Shown: piece by piece, positions 47,762 to 58,798 of the stretch | Numbering within the stretch: position 1 is the stretch's first letter | How the letters are laid out: every line of letters begins with the position of its first letter | Source: Frankiaceae bacterium | GTDB taxonomy: Bacteria; Actinomycetota; Actinomycetes; JAFAQI01 | Direction: 5' to 3' | NCBI GenBank assembly: GCA_025929365.1 | Contig: JAICMG010000003.1 | Span: 507-64,506, forward strand | Length of the DNA: 64,000 nt | Translations under genes and position numbers: made by a program | Notes under the pieces: model-generated | What the model was told of the DNA's origin: nothing | Seen by the model: the letters and a program-made list of their open reading frames with translations, nothing else | The model's database searches: none

Positions 47762-49279
47762 TCACAAACCACGCTCGGACGCCCACTTCCGCAGCGCGAT
47801 GACGGCCTCATCGCGCGTCATCGGACCCCGCTCCAGGCGCAGCTCGAGCATGTGCCGGTAGGCCTCGCCGACCAGGGGACCGGGACTGAGCTCGAGCACC
47901 TCCATGATCTCGTTGCCGTCCAGGTCCGGCCGGATGGCGGCGAGGTCCTCCTGCTCCTTGAGCTCGGCGATGCGCTGTTCGAGCGAGTCGTACGCCGAGG
48001 CGAGCGCGGCGGCCTTCCGTGCGTTGCGGGTCGTGCAGTCAGAGCGAGTCAGGAGGTGGAGCCGGTCGAGCAACGGGCCGGCGTCGTGGACGTAGCGGCG
48101 AACCGCCGCGTCGGTCCAGGTGCCACCGGAGTAGCCGTGAAAACGCAGATGCAGCTTGACCAGCGCCGAGACGTCGTCGATCACGTCCTTCGGATAGCGC
48201 AACGCGGACAGCCGAGTGCGCGTCATCGACGCGCCGACCACCTCATGGTGATGAAAGCTGACCTTCCCGTCGGGGTCGATCGACTTCGTCTTCGGTTTGC
48301 CGATGTCGTGCAGCAGGGCGGCGAGCCGAAGCACCAGGTCGGGGCCGTCCGGCTCGAGCCCGATCGCCTGCTCGAGAACCGTGAGGGTGTGGACGTAGAC
48401 GTCCTTGTGCCGGCGATGCTCATCGACCGTGTCGCGCAACCTGGCGACCTCCGGGATGACGTGTTCGGCCATGCCCGTCTCGACCAGGATCGCCAGTCCG
48501 CGACGCGGCTCCGGGGCCAGCACGAGCTTGGTGAGCTCGTCGCGAACGCGTTCGGCACTCACGATCTCGAGGCGACCGGTCATCTCGGTGATCGCGGCCA
48601 TGGTTTCCGGCTCCACCTGGAAGCCGAGCTGCGCGGCGAAGCGCGCGGCCCGCATCATCCGCAACGGGTCGTCGGTGAACGACTGTGCCGGCTCGATCGG
48701 CGTGCGGAGTACGCCCGCTGCCAGATCGTCGAGCCCTGCCGATGGGTCCACGATCGGCGCCGCGGCATCGAGGGGAAGCGAGACCGCCATCGCGTTGACG
48801 GTGAAGTCGCGGCGTACCAGGTCCCCTTCGATCGTGTCGCCGAAGTCGACCTGGGGTTTGCGCGACGACGGGTCGTAAGCGTCGCTGCGGAAAGTCGTGA
48901 TCTCGCAACGGTGATCGCCGATCTGGACACCTACCGTGCCGAAGGCGATCCCGGTGGTCCAGGTCGGGCCGAGCGAGCCGACGATGCCCAGGATCTGCTC
49001 GGGACGGGCGTCGGTGGTGAAGTCCAGGTCTGAGGTCTGTCGACCCAGCAGCGCATCTCGGACTCCTCCGCCGACCAGATAGAGCGCGTGTCCGGCGTCC
49101 CGGAAGCGCTGGGCGACGGGATCGACGATCGGAGCGAGCCGCACGAGCTCTTGCAGCGCCCGACCCAAGGCGGCCGCGATCCAGTCCTCTCCTCCCGCCG
49201 GCACGCCCACCACACTAGGAACTCGGGTCGGGAAGGGCGTGGGAACGCGCTCGTAGGATCGGTCCATGTCCCCTTCCAT
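47762..49279 (-). CDS. CCA-adding tRNA nucleotidyltransferase / poly(A) polymerase with HD domain
   Basis: Nucleotidyltransferase motif [10 protein letters not shown]...DLDF and an HD domain (LLHDIGKP). The start is at 49279 or 49267. Confidence 0.85.
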   Translation of the reverse strand: MEGDMDRSYERVPTPFPTRVPSVVGVPAGGEDWIAAALGRALQELVRLAPIVDPVAQRFRDAGHALYLVGGGVRDALLGRQTSDLDFTTDARPEQILGIVGSLGPTWTTGIAFGTVGVQIGDHRCEITTFRSDAYDPSSRKPQVDFGDTIEGDLVRRDFTVNAMAVSLPLDAAAPIVDPSAGLDDLAAGVLRTPIEPAQSFTDDPLRMMRAARFAAQLGFQVEPETMAAITEMTGRLEIVSAERVRDELTKLVLAPEPRRGLAILVETGMAEHVIPEVARLRDTVDEHRRHKDVYVHTLTVLEQAIGLEPDGPDLVLRLAALLHDIGKPKTKSIDPDGKVSFHHHEVVGASMTRTRLSALRYPKDVIDDVSALVKLHLRFHGYSGGTWTDAAVRRYVHDAGPLLDRLHLLTRSDCTTRNARKAAALASAYDSLEQRIAELKEQEDLAAIRPDLDGNEIMEVLELSPGPLVGEAYRHMLELRLERGPMTRDEAVIALRKWASERGL

Positions 49280-49298
49280 GCGCCGCAACCTGCGACGG

Positions 49299-49724
49299 GT
49301 GGAGGAGACCTCCGCCGGGGGGCTTGTCGTGGACGGCAACGACATGGCGGCTCGCGCGGCGCTGATCGGTCGGCTCGACCGCAGGGGACGGCTGCGCTGG
49401 TCGCTGCCGAAGGGACACGTCGAGGCCGGCGAGACCGCGGAGGCGGCGGCGATTCGTGAGGTCGCCGAGGAGACCGGCATCACCGGGCGGGTGCTCGCCC
49501 CGCTCGGGACGATCGACTTCTGGTTCGTCGCGGAGGGTCGCCGGGTCCACAAGACGGTGCACCATTTCCTGTTGATGGCGCAGAGCGGTGAGCTCTCCGA
49601 CGAGGACGTCGAGGTGGAGCAGGTCGAGTGGGTGCCGCTGACCCAGCTCGCCGAGCGCCTCGCCTACGACGACGAGCGCCGTCTCGTGCAGGCGGTGCCG
49701 ACGCTGCTCGCCGACACTGCATGA
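49299..49724 (+). CDS. NUDIX hydrolase (MutT4-like position)
   Basis: Nudix box [23 protein letters not shown]. The start is uncertain (49266, 49299 or 49344). Confidence 0.75.
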   Translation: MEETSAGGLVVDGNDMAARAALIGRLDRRGRLRWSLPKGHVEAGETAEAAAIREVAEETGITGRVLAPLGTIDFWFVAEGRRVHKTVHHFLLMAQSGELSDEDVEVEQVEWVPLTQLAERLAYDDERRLVQAVPTLLADTA

Positions 49725-51925
49725 CCCGACTACGCCGCGCATCCGCACTGCTGGTCGCGGCCGGACTCGCGATCGGCGGCGCCGGGCCGGGCGCGGCAAG
49801 CGCTACCGCCGCGATCACCCCGACCGCCCCGCTTCCGATCTCGGTGACGCTGTCCGCCCTCCGCCCGATCGCCCCGCAGCCCGGCGACACGCTGGTCGTT
49901 CGCGGCACCCTGACCAACAACTCGGCGGAACCGGTCAGCGGGCTCGCCGTCCAGCTGCGCCTGGGTGGCGCGATCTCGGCCCGGAGCACCTTCGACTCCT
50001 TCGCCGACGACCCGACGGGATCGGTCAGCGCGCTCCCGATCTCGCTGACCGTCGCCACGCCGTTACCGACGGCGAATCTGGCGGCCGGTGAGCACGAGCC
50101 GTTCACCTTGCAGGCCGCGATGAACCCGGCGACCACCGGGTTGCCGACATCGAGCTGGCAGGTGCGCGAGCTCGGCATCTCCGTGACCGGGCTGACGACC
50201 TTCGGTGCGGGCACCGTGGGCAGCCTGCGCACCTTCCTGCCGTGGGCGCCGCGCGACGCGATTGGTCCGAAGGCGCTGAACGTCGCGTGGCTGTGGCCAC
50301 TCGCGGACCGACCGCATCGTGACGGCTCCGCGCCATGGCGCGACGACGACCTGGCGTCACAGTTCGCGGCAACCGGCCGGTTGACCGGGCTCGTCCATGC
50401 CGCCGCGGCCGCCGCGCATCAAGCTCCTCCGCCGCCTCCGGTCGGACACGGGCACAAGGCAAACCCGAAGAAGACAGCCCCGCCGCGCTCCGCGGCGCGC
50501 GACGTCTCCATCACGTGGGCGATCGATCCCATGTTGCTCGACGATGCGGATGCGATGCGCGCCGGCTACCAGGTCTCCCGCTCCCCGAAACCAGCTGCCG
50601 GTACCGGGTCCGCGGCGGCGCGTTCCTGGCTCGGCGCGGTGCGGGCCGCCACCTCGGGCGCTGAGGTGATCCCGCTGCCGTACGGCGACCCCGACGTCGC
50701 GGCGGCGGTCCGAAACGGGCTCGCGACGCTGGTGGGGGTGGCCGCCACGACGGGCCGCAACATCATCCAGCGGTTGCTGCCCGCCGCCACCTTCCTGTCA
50801 GCCGGGTGGCCCCCCGGCGGGTTGATCGACCAGCACGCGGTCGACGCGCTGTTCAGCGACGGTGCGACCAGCCTGGTGCTCTCCGACACCGCGCTGCCCC
50901 CGGTGACACCGCCCAACGAGACCCCTGGGGCGCTCGCATCCCTGGTCACCGCCGCAGGCACCATTCCCACGGCGCTGACCGACTCGATCCTGTCCACCGC
51001 TGTCGACAACGGAAGCGTGAGCGCCGGCGACGCCCGCATCACCCTGCAGCGGTACCTGGCCGAGACCCTGATGATCGAAGCCGAGGCGCCATCGGACCAG
51101 CGCAGCATCGTGATCGCACCGGCCCGCAGATGGGCTCCCACTCCGACACTCGCCGCGGATCTGCTTGCGGACACCGGCAAAGTGCCCTGGCTCGGGTCGA
51201 CAACCGTCGGCGACATCCTCGCCGGCGCGCCCAGCACCGTCGTGCAGCGCCAGCCGCTGACCTATCCCGGCAGTGCGCGGGAGGCCGAGCTCCCCGCGGC
51301 GTACGTCAAGGGCGTGGCTCGACAGCAGCACATCCTGTCGCAGCTCACGGGCATCCTGCCGCCGGGCGACTCCGAAACGCGACCGTTCAGCATCGCGTTG
51401 CTGAGAGCGCTGTCCTCGGCATGGCGCGGCGAGCCCGCCGCGCGCCGGATCTGGCTCGGCGCCTTCGCGGGCGAGCTGCACGCCATGAGCTCCGGAGTCC
51501 GGATCGTCTCCGCGCCGTACAGCACGGTCACCCTCACCGGTCACGGCGGCAAAGTCCCGGTCACGCTCGCGAATGACCTGAACGCTCCGGTCAACATCAC
51601 CGTTCAGCTCGAGAACGCGACTCAACGGCTCACGCTGCCCCACAACGGCCGGGTCAAGGTCGCCATCCCGGCCAACCGGCAGACGACGGTCGATGTCCAC
51701 GCCGTCGCGCGGACCTCCGGTGTCTTTCCGTTGCAGGTACAGCTCCTCACGCCGAGCGGACAGAAGTACGGCGCGCCGGTGCAGTTGTACGTGCGATCGA
51801 CGGTTTACGGGACGATCACCCTTGTGATCACCGGAGCCGCGGCGGCCGCGCTGCTCGTCGCAGTGGGGATCCGGCTCATCCGTCGAGCCCGAGCCGCACG
51901 TCGGGCTGCCGCCGCGGGCGTTTGA
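49721..51925 (+). CDS. Large conserved secreted protein with a C-terminal TM anchor (Rv3909-like position)
   Basis: The ATG at 49721 overlaps the upstream stop (ATGA). Signal peptide [29 protein letters not shown]-terminal TM helix. Confidence 0.65.
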   Translation: MTRLRRASALLVAAGLAIGGAGPGAASATAAITPTAPLPISVTLSALRPIAPQPGDTLVVRGTLTNNSAEPVSGLAVQLRLGGAISARSTFDSFADDPTGSVSALPISLTVATPLPTANLAAGEHEPFTLQAAMNPATTGLPTSSWQVRELGISVTGLTTFGAGTVGSLRTFLPWAPRDAIGPKALNVAWLWPLADRPHRDGSAPWRDDDLASQFAATGRLTGLVHAAAAAAHQAPPPPPVGHGHKANPKKTAPPRSAARDVSITWAIDPMLLDDADAMRAGYQVSRSPKPAAGTGSAAARSWLGAVRAATSGAEVIPLPYGDPDVAAAVRNGLATLVGVAATTGRNIIQRLLPAATFLSAGWPPGGLIDQHAVDALFSDGATSLVLSDTALPPVTPPNETPGALASLVTAAGTIPTALTDSILSTAVDNGSVSAGDARITLQRYLAETLMIEAEAPSDQRSIVIAPARRWAPTPTLAADLLADTGKVPWLGSTTVGDILAGAPSTVVQRQPLTYPGSAREAELPAAYVKGVARQQHILSQLTGILPPGDSETRPFSIALLRALSSAWRGEPAARRIWLGAFAGELHAMSSGVRIVSAPYSTVTLTGHGGKVPVTLANDLNAPVNITVQLENATQRLTLPHNGRVKVAIPANRQTTVDVHAVARTSGVFPLQVQLLTPSGQKYGAPVQLYVRSTVYGTITLVITGAAAAALLVAVGIRLIRRARAARRAAAAGV

Positions 51926-53547
51926 CCGACACCACCGAGCTCACCGGGCGAGCGACTCTCGCCCGGAGCGGCGTTGCGATGGCCGCCGGCACCCTTGCCT
52001 CGCGCGGCACCGGATTCATCCGGACCATCGTCATCGCGTACGCCCTCGGCATCGGAAGCGTCAACAACGCCTACACGGTGGCGAACACCGTTCCCAACGC
52101 GTTGTACGACCTCCTGCTCGGCGGCGTCCTTTCGGCCCTCGTGGTGCCGCTGCTCGTGCAGGCCGCACACGACGAGGACGACGACGGCGAGGCCTACGCA
52201 CAGCGACTTGTCACGATCGTTGCGGTCGTCCTCACCGTGGTCGCCATCGTCGCCGTCCTGATCGCGCCGTGGGTGATCTCGGTCTACGCGCACAACGCCC
52301 GGCCCGCTCAGAAGGCCCTCGCGACAACCTTCGCGCGTTACTTCCTGCCGCAGCTCCTCTTCTATGGTCTCGGCGCGATCCTCGGCGCGATCCTCAACAT
52401 CCGGGGCAGCTTCACCGCTCCGATGTGGGCGCCCGTCCTCAACAACCTCGTGGTCATCGCCAGCGGGATCGCCTTCGCGGCGATCACCCACTCCGCACCG
52501 CACGCCGGTCACCTCTCACAGGCGCAGATCCTCGTGCTGGCGCTGGGGACCACCGCGGGTGTGGTCGTCCAGACCATTGCGTTGCTCCCTGCGCTTCGTC
52601 ATGTCGGGATGCGGCTCACACCGCGGTGGGACTGGCGACACGCGGGCCTGCGACGAGCCGGGCCCTTCGCCGGCTGGGTGCTCGGCTACGTCGCGATCAA
52701 CCAGCTCGGATACGTCGTGATCTCCGACCTGGCGGAGGCCATCGACCACGGCAAGGGCCAGCTGGCGATCTACTCCTACGGGTACCTGCTCTTCTCGCTG
52801 CCGTACGCCGTCGTCGCTGTCACGGTGATCACCGCGCTGTTTCCGGCGATGAGCCGCAGCGGCACCGAGGGCGACGACGCGGCTGTTGCTCACACCTTGT
52901 CGGAAGGACTGACCCTCGCCGCCGTCGTCCTCGTGCCGGCCACCCTGTTGCTCGTCACCCTCGGCTCACCGATCGCGGTGCTCGTCCTGGCACACGGGCA
53001 CACCACCCACGCCGGTGCCGCACTCACCGGCCGGGTGCTCATCGCGTTCGCGGTCGGCCTGCTGCCCTTTTCGGCGTTTCAGATGCAGCTGCGGGCCTGG
53101 CTGGCGGTTCACGACTCGCGCACGCCGATGCTGGTCAACCTCTGGATCACGGCGCTCAACCTCGCCGCCGACGTTCTTCTCTACGCCGTCCTGCCCTCGG
53201 GCGACCGGGTGATCGGCCTCGCCGCCGGGTACTCCCTGTCCTACGCCGTCGGGACGGTTGTGTTCGCGATCAAGCTGCGGCGGCGGCTGGCAGCGACCAG
53301 GCGCAGCTTCGTCATCCGTACCCACGTCCGCCTCGTCGTTGCTGCGCTTGTCGCGGCCGTGCCGACCGAGCTGCTCGCGGTCGGGATCCGGCGCGGCCTG
53401 GGGACCGGGACCGGCGGTTCGCTGGCCACGATCGCACTCGCCGCGCCCGCCGGCACCGTGTGCTTCGTGATGCTGGCGCGACGGATGCGCATCCAGGAGC
53501 TCCACCAACTGGTGGGTTTGCTCCCGTTTAGGCGATTCCGCGCCTGA
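51922..53547 (+). CDS. murJ: Lipid II flippase MurJ (MviN)
   Basis: 14-TM MOP-superfamily sequence (…IAYALGIGSVNNAYTVANTVPNALYDLL…). Confidence 0.88.
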   Translation: MTDTTELTGRATLARSGVAMAAGTLASRGTGFIRTIVIAYALGIGSVNNAYTVANTVPNALYDLLLGGVLSALVVPLLVQAAHDEDDDGEAYAQRLVTIVAVVLTVVAIVAVLIAPWVISVYAHNARPAQKALATTFARYFLPQLLFYGLGAILGAILNIRGSFTAPMWAPVLNNLVVIASGIAFAAITHSAPHAGHLSQAQILVLALGTTAGVVVQTIALLPALRHVGMRLTPRWDWRHAGLRRAGPFAGWVLGYVAINQLGYVVISDLAEAIDHGKGQLAIYSYGYLLFSLPYAVVAVTVITALFPAMSRSGTEGDDAAVAHTLSEGLTLAAVVLVPATLLLVTLGSPIAVLVLAHGHTTHAGAALTGRVLIAFAVGLLPFSAFQMQLRAWLAVHDSRTPMLVNLWITALNLAADVLLYAVLPSGDRVIGLAAGYSLSYAVGTVVFAIKLRRRLAATRRSFVIRTHVRLVVAALVAAVPTELLAVGIRRGLGTGTGGSLATIALAAPAGTVCFVMLARRMRIQELHQLVGLLPFRRFRA

Positions 53548-53602
53548 CCGCCACGCTCGGCCCCGGTTAAGAAATAGCGCTCCGGCGCCGAGATCTGTAC
53601 GT

Positions 53603-54046
53603 ATGCGCCTCGGTTCCGACGACGGTGCCGTGCGCGTGCCCGGAATCGTCAAGCTGGTCGTACCGCTGGCCGTGCTGGGCCTGCTCGGATACGACACGTT
53701 CCTCACGATCGCGACTCACCTGAAGGCCGAGAGCGACGCCCAGAACGCGGCGTACGCAGCCAGCCAAGCGTGGTCGGACAACGAGGACGTCCAGGCCCGG
53801 ACCGCGATGGGGGCGTACCAGGCCGGCAAGGCCTACCTCGACGCCAACGATCCGGCTGATCACCTGTGCGCCGGCGACACCGATCCGGTATGCGGCACGA
53901 AGGGGAACTTCTCGGTTGATCCCGACGGCACGGTGCATCTCGTCGTACGCCGCGAAGCCAAGACGCTGATCTTCGGACACCTCGGCTTCATGCACAGCCT
54001 GTTGATCGCGTACGAGTCCGGCGACGCGAACTCGAACAAGGACTGA
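53603..54046 (+). CDS. Hypothetical small membrane/secreted protein
   Basis: N-terminal hydrophobic segment and no recognisable domain. Confidence 0.4.
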   Translation: MRLGSDDGAVRVPGIVKLVVPLAVLGLLGYDTFLTIATHLKAESDAQNAAYAASQAWSDNEDVQARTAMGAYQAGKAYLDANDPADHLCAGDTDPVCGTKGNFSVDPDGTVHLVVRREAKTLIFGHLGFMHSLLIAYESGDANSNKD

Positions 54047-54047
54047 C

Positions 54048-55124
54048 ATGCACCCCGGCTGGCGAACCGTCTCGGTCGCGGTATGTGCTGCCCTCGGCGG
54101 GGTCCTCGCCGGCGGTGTCCCGACCGCGACCGCGGACCCGCTCGGCAGCGCTCAAGCCCGCGCCGCCGCACTCGCCCACTCGATCCAGCAGCTCCAGACC
54201 AAGGCTGAAGTCGCCGCCGAGCGCTACGACAAGGCGAACGCGCAGCTGCAGCAGGCGGTCTCGCAGCGGATCAAGGCCGACGAGGCGCTCAACGCGATCC
54301 AGGCCACGGCTGCGGCGGCCCAGCAGGAAGTCGCCGATCGCACCCGTGCGCTGTACGAGAGCGGCGGCGATCCGGCCATGCTCGCCGCGATGCTCGGCGG
54401 CAACAACCCGCTCGATGCGCTGGACCGCTACAGGCTCGCCACGGCGGTCATCAACTACGAGGCACGCAGCGCCGACGCCGCGGCCGAAACCGTCGCCTCC
54501 GCGCAAGCACTCGACACCCGGGACACCGCGATCAGCTCGCAGGTGACGCAGCTGCAGGCCGCCAGCTCGGCCCAGGTCGCGAAGATCCATGAGCTGGTCG
54601 CCGAGCAGCGGCAGGAGCTGGCGAGTGTCAACGGCACGATCCGGCGGCTCTACACCATCACGCTTGCTGCCCAGCAGGCGCAGGGCGCCAAGGACTTCGC
54701 CAGCGCCGTCGCGGCGGCGGGCGGAACCGTCGGCTCCGGGGTCGGCGCACCGCCCAACGCGACGGTCGCCACCGCGATCGCCTGGGCGCGCAAGCAGCTC
54801 GGCAGGCCCTACCAGTGGGGCGGCACCGGCCCGAGCTCCTTCGACTGCAGCGGGTTGACGCAGCAGTCCTACCTGCACGCCGGAATCACCCTGCCGCGCG
54901 TGGCTGCCGACCAGTACAACGCCGGCCCCCACCCGTCACTCGCCGACCTGGAGCCGGGCGACCTGCTGTTCTGGGCGACCGACATCTCCAACCCGGCGAC
55001 CATCCACCACGTCACGATGTACCTCGGCGGAGGACTGATGATCGCGGCCCCTCACACCGGCACCGTGGTGCAGATCCAGCCCGTCTACATGCCGGGCTTC
55101 ATCGGCGCGACCCGACCCTGGTGA
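54048..55124 (+). CDS. NlpC/P60 family peptidoglycan endopeptidase with an N-terminal coiled coil (RipA-like)
   Basis: Signal peptide, an Ala/Gln-rich coiled coil, and a C-terminal NlpC/P60 domain (YQWGGTGPSSFDCSGLTQ..., catalytic Cys/His). Confidence 0.85.
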   Translation: MHPGWRTVSVAVCAALGGVLAGGVPTATADPLGSAQARAAALAHSIQQLQTKAEVAAERYDKANAQLQQAVSQRIKADEALNAIQATAAAAQQEVADRTRALYESGGDPAMLAAMLGGNNPLDALDRYRLATAVINYEARSADAAAETVASAQALDTRDTAISSQVTQLQAASSAQVAKIHELVAEQRQELASVNGTIRRLYTITLAAQQAQGAKDFASAVAAAGGTVGSGVGAPPNATVATAIAWARKQLGRPYQWGGTGPSSFDCSGLTQQSYLHAGITLPRVAADQYNAGPHPSLADLEPGDLLFWATDISNPATIHHVTMYLGGGLMIAAPHTGTVVQIQPVYMPGFIGATRPW

Positions 55125-55177
55125 CGGCGACCGTTGCGATGACGGTCCTTCTGCGCAGCGCTCCGTAGCATCAACGC

Positions 55178-56569
55178 GTGCCGGCGGGTCTCGATACTGG
55201 TGACCTGATCGACCGGCGTTACCGGCTCGACAGGCGGTGTCACACCGTCGGCGACCGCGAGCTGTGGCGCGCGACGGATGAGGTCCTGGACCGAAGCGTC
55301 GCGGTGCACCTGCTGGCGGCCCGCACCCGCAGCGATGCGAAGGCACTCGCCGCCGCGGCGGGCCGAGCCGGAAGCGTCCCCGACGCGCGATGGGTGCGCG
55401 TGCTCGACGTCGGGACGCTCCCGGTAGGTCGCAAGGTCACCGTGTGGATCGTCAGCGAGTGGGTCGAGGGCCAGACCCTCACCGCCCTGGTGCGCCGCGA
55501 GCCGCTGCGCGACGCGGTCGCCACCCACCTCGTCGCAAGCTGTGCCCAGGCAGTTGCCGCGGCTCAAGCCACCGGCGCACACCACGGCCGGCTCCATCCC
55601 GACGAGGTCCTGATCCCGCTCGACGGCCACCCGCGGCTCACCGGCCTCGAGACGCACGAGTCGCTGTCCGCGGACGAGATGTACGACGACGTCCTCGGGC
55701 TCGGTGCGTTGCTGTTCGCCGCAGTGACCGGTCGTTGGCCGCTTCGCGGCTGGCACGGGCTGCCCCCCGTCGGTCGCGGCGACGGCAGGCACCCGCGGAC
55801 CCAGCGACGCAGCGTCAGCAAGGGTGTCGACGAGATCACCGCAACCGCCCTCGACGGTGGCTTCCCTGACGCCCGAGCGCTCGTGAAGGCGCTCGCGCAG
55901 CTTCCCCAGACGCCGCTGGTCGGTGCGGTCGAAGAGGCCGACCCACGAGTTCGCGAACGCTGGCACCGGATCGCGTGGTGGGTCCTCCCTCCCGTGCTCG
56001 TCGCCGGGGTCGGCGTCGCGGCGTGGACCGCAGGGAGCGACTTGGGTCGGGTCCCTGGTGCTGATCGAGCGACCTCCGCGACGTTCCCGCAGTCTCATGG
56101 GCGCGGCGGGAACGGGACCCGCCTGGTCTGGTCCACGCCGCCACACGCGACGAGCTTCGACCCTGACGGCAACGGCACCGAAGATCCGGGCGGAGTCGGG
56201 CTGGCGGTGGATGACGACCCGTCCACCCTGTGGTCCACCGACGTCTACCGCGGCAGCCCGCGGTTCGGTGGGCTGAAGGACGGGGTCGGGCTGCTGGTCG
56301 ACCTCGGGCGGGCGAAGACGGTCGACACCGCGCGGCTGCTGCTGTCCGCGACCGGCGCCGACATCGAGCTTCGCGCCGGACCGAACCCCCCGGCGACGGC
56401 GACGGACCTCCGGCTCGTCGCGGGTCGGAACGCAACCCCCACTTCACTCACGCTGCGGCTGGCGGCTCCCGTCCGCGCCCGCTACTGGTTGGTCTGGATC
56501 ACCTCGCTACCGAGAACCGGGTCCGACAACTACTCACTCGGCATCGCCGAGTTCACGCTTCTGCACTGA
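55178..56569 (+). CDS. Pseudokinase-TM-extracellular-domain protein (homologous to the C-terminal module of mycobacterial MviN)
   Basis: Kinase-like fold with degenerate catalytic motifs (VAVHLL instead of VAIK; HGRLHPDEV instead of HRD...N). One TM helix and a ~180-aa extracytoplasmic domain. Confidence 0.7.
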   Translation: MPAGLDTGDLIDRRYRLDRRCHTVGDRELWRATDEVLDRSVAVHLLAARTRSDAKALAAAAGRAGSVPDARWVRVLDVGTLPVGRKVTVWIVSEWVEGQTLTALVRREPLRDAVATHLVASCAQAVAAAQATGAHHGRLHPDEVLIPLDGHPRLTGLETHESLSADEMYDDVLGLGALLFAAVTGRWPLRGWHGLPPVGRGDGRHPRTQRRSVSKGVDEITATALDGGFPDARALVKALAQLPQTPLVGAVEEADPRVRERWHRIAWWVLPPVLVAGVGVAAWTAGSDLGRVPGADRATSATFPQSHGRGGNGTRLVWSTPPHATSFDPDGNGTEDPGGVGLAVDDDPSTLWSTDVYRGSPRFGGLKDGVGLLVDLGRAKTVDTARLLLSATGADIELRAGPNPPATATDLRLVAGRNATPTSLTLRLAAPVRARYWLVWITSLPRTGSDNYSLGIAEFTLLH

Positions 56570-56592
56570 CCCCGCCGCTACCGTTGGCCGCG

Positions 56593-57210
56593 ATGAGCGA
56601 CCAAACGCTCGGCGACGCCGACCTGCTCGCCCGCCACGTCGGCGGCGATCCGGATGCGTTCGGCGAGATCGTCACGCGGCACCGCGACCGGCTCTGGGCC
56701 GTCGCGCTGCGCACCCTTGGAAATCCCGACGATGCCTCTGACGCCCTCCAAGATGCCCTGCTGTCGGCCTACCGGGGTGCTGCCGGCTTTCGCGGCAACT
56801 CGGCCGTGACGACCTGGCTGCATCGGATCGTCGTCAACGCGTGCCTCGATCTGGCTCGGCGCCGATCGGCTCGCCCCACGCAACCGCTGCTGACCGAACC
56901 GGGTGTGTCCGCTCCCGACGTGATCACCGACCGTGAGACCGCTCTCGCCGTCACGGACGCGCTTCGCAGCCTCCCCACTGACCAGTCGGCGGCCGTGGTG
57001 CTCGTCGACATCGAGGGGTTCAGCGTCGACGAGGCCGCGCAGATCCTGGGCGTTCCGACCGGCACCGTGAAGAGCCGTTGCGCCCGCGCGCGGGCGCGGC
57101 TGGCACAACGCCTCTACGACCTCAACCCGAACGCCGAGCGGAACGACGAGCCCAGCCAGCGCGTCCAATCCCACGACTCCCCATCATCGGAAACGGAGGA
57201 TCTGTCGTGA
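56593..57210 (+). CDS. sigM: ECF RNA polymerase sigma factor (SigM-like)
   Basis: Sigma-70 region 2 (LWAVALRTLGNPDDASDALQDALL) and region 4 (FSVDEAAQILGVPTGTVKSR). The ATG at 56593 is verified. Confidence 0.8.
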   Translation: MSDQTLGDADLLARHVGGDPDAFGEIVTRHRDRLWAVALRTLGNPDDASDALQDALLSAYRGAAGFRGNSAVTTWLHRIVVNACLDLARRRSARPTQPLLTEPGVSAPDVITDRETALAVTDALRSLPTDQSAAVVLVDIEGFSVDEAAQILGVPTGTVKSRCARARARLAQRLYDLNPNAERNDEPSQRVQSHDSPSSETEDLS

Positions 57211-58145
57211 GCGAGCACCTCACCCTCGACGAGCTCGCCGAGCTCGACGAGGGCCTGCTCACTGGACGTCGCGCTCGAGCCGCACAGCGCCATGTCGGGG
57301 AGTGCGACGAGTGCTCCTCACTCGCCGAAGCGCTCCGAAAGACTCAGGCGTCGTTGCGCGACCTGGGGCCGGTGCAGATGCCCGCCGAGGTCTCCGCCCG
57401 GCTCGATCGCGCGCTTCGCGATGCCGGCTCCACGTCGGCCGAGGACGTCGTCCCCGACCTGGCCACGGTTCGCGCTCGCCGATTCGCGGGCCTGCCCCCG
57501 TGGGCCTACGCGGCGGCAGCTGCGGTCGTGGTGCTCGCCGGCGTCGGGATCGGCATCGGCACCGCGCACCACCACCACAACTCGGTGGAGTCGGCCGGGC
57601 CGGCGAAGGCTCCGCTGGTCCCGACCACTACTGCCTCCCCCCACTTCGTCCAGGAGGAGTCGGGTCAGACGTACACGCCGAGCACGCTCGCGCAGACGGC
57701 CCCTGGCCTCGCCTTCGGTGCAGCTGGGTCCGACCAGCTCGGCGTGGCGAGCGGCCCCAACTCCGCTGCCCTGCCCGGGTCGACGGCCAGCGGTGGCGGC
57801 ACCGCGACGAATGGGCACGGCCAGCGGAATCCGCCGGTCGTACGCCCACCGGCACCGCTGGCTCCTGAAACCGCCGGCGTGATCGCTCCCTCACTGCAGC
57901 GACTCGCGCGTTCGCAACGGGCGTTGCTGCAGTGCGCCTCGTTCATCACCGACACCGCCAACGCGGCTCCGCTCGCGGTCGACTTCGGTCGTTGGACGAA
58001 CCCCAAGGCTCATCTCCGGGGGGCTCCGGCCGTCATCTTCGTCTTCGCCGACACCAGCGACTCGAGCTCGATCGACGTCTACGTCGTTGCCGCGGCGTGT
58101 GACGCGAACTCCCTGCTCGACTTCCAGGTCCTCAAGAAGCAGTAG
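57206..58145 (+). CDS. Zinc-binding (ZAS-type) anti-sigma factor
   Basis: The GTG at 57206 overlaps the sigM stop (GTGA). HxxxCxxC motif HVGECDEC. One TM helix and a Pro/Ala-rich extracellular part. Confidence 0.75.
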
Positions 58146-58154
58146 TCCGTCGCA

Positions 58155-58691
58155 CTAGTCCGCCACGGGCTTCGGCTTGCGCGGCGGCCCGAGGACCAGC
58201 GGCCACAGGACCGCCGCGGCAATCGCGCACAGATACGGCACGCCCACCTCGTGCCAGGGATGCAGCGGGTCATGCGGTCCGTGCGGGAACAGCCGAAAGC
58301 CGAAGGCGGTCCCGAGCAGGCCCGCGATCGCGCCGACGACGGGCGGATTGACTCGCGGCTGGGCGCGGCGAAGAAAGCTGCCCGGTGACGATCCGGCGAC
58401 CGCGATGAGGATCGGCACCAGCCACGAGAAGATGTGCACCTCGACGTACTGGGAGTAGATCCACCCGCCGATGACCGCGACCGGGACGATCACCTGCGCC
58501 GCGGCGACGAACGTCTCGAGCGCTGAGGCTGCCGGGGCCTCGAGGGCGTCCGCATGGCAGGCCGCGCATCCCCCCTCGCCGTACAACGCCGCGTCGTCGG
58601 CACAGCGCGGGCGCTCGCACCGGGCACACCGGTCACGCGCCACCCGGCCGGGATGAACTGCGCACCGCAGCGCGACGATCGTGTCGGGCAC
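58155..58691 (-). CDS. Membrane protein with an N-terminal Cys-rich zinc-ribbon-like segment
   Basis: CAVHP...CARCERPRC...GGCAAC followed by ~4 TM helices. Confidence 0.45.
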   Translation of the reverse strand: MPDTIVALRCAVHPGRVARDRCARCERPRCADDAALYGEGGCAACHADALEAPAASALETFVAAAQVIVPVAVIGGWIYSQYVEVHIFSWLVPILIAVAGSSPGSFLRRAQPRVNPPVVGAIAGLLGTAFGFRLFPHGPHDPLHPWHEVGVPYLCAIAAAVLWPLVLGPPRKPKPVAD

Positions 58692-58798
58692 GCCTGCCAG
58701 CCTTCCATGCCGCCCGACCGCGGGGCGCGACGGGAATGCGATTTCTAGACTGAGCGTTGCTCTGACGCTCTGCAGACGACCGGTGCGAGGGAGATGGC

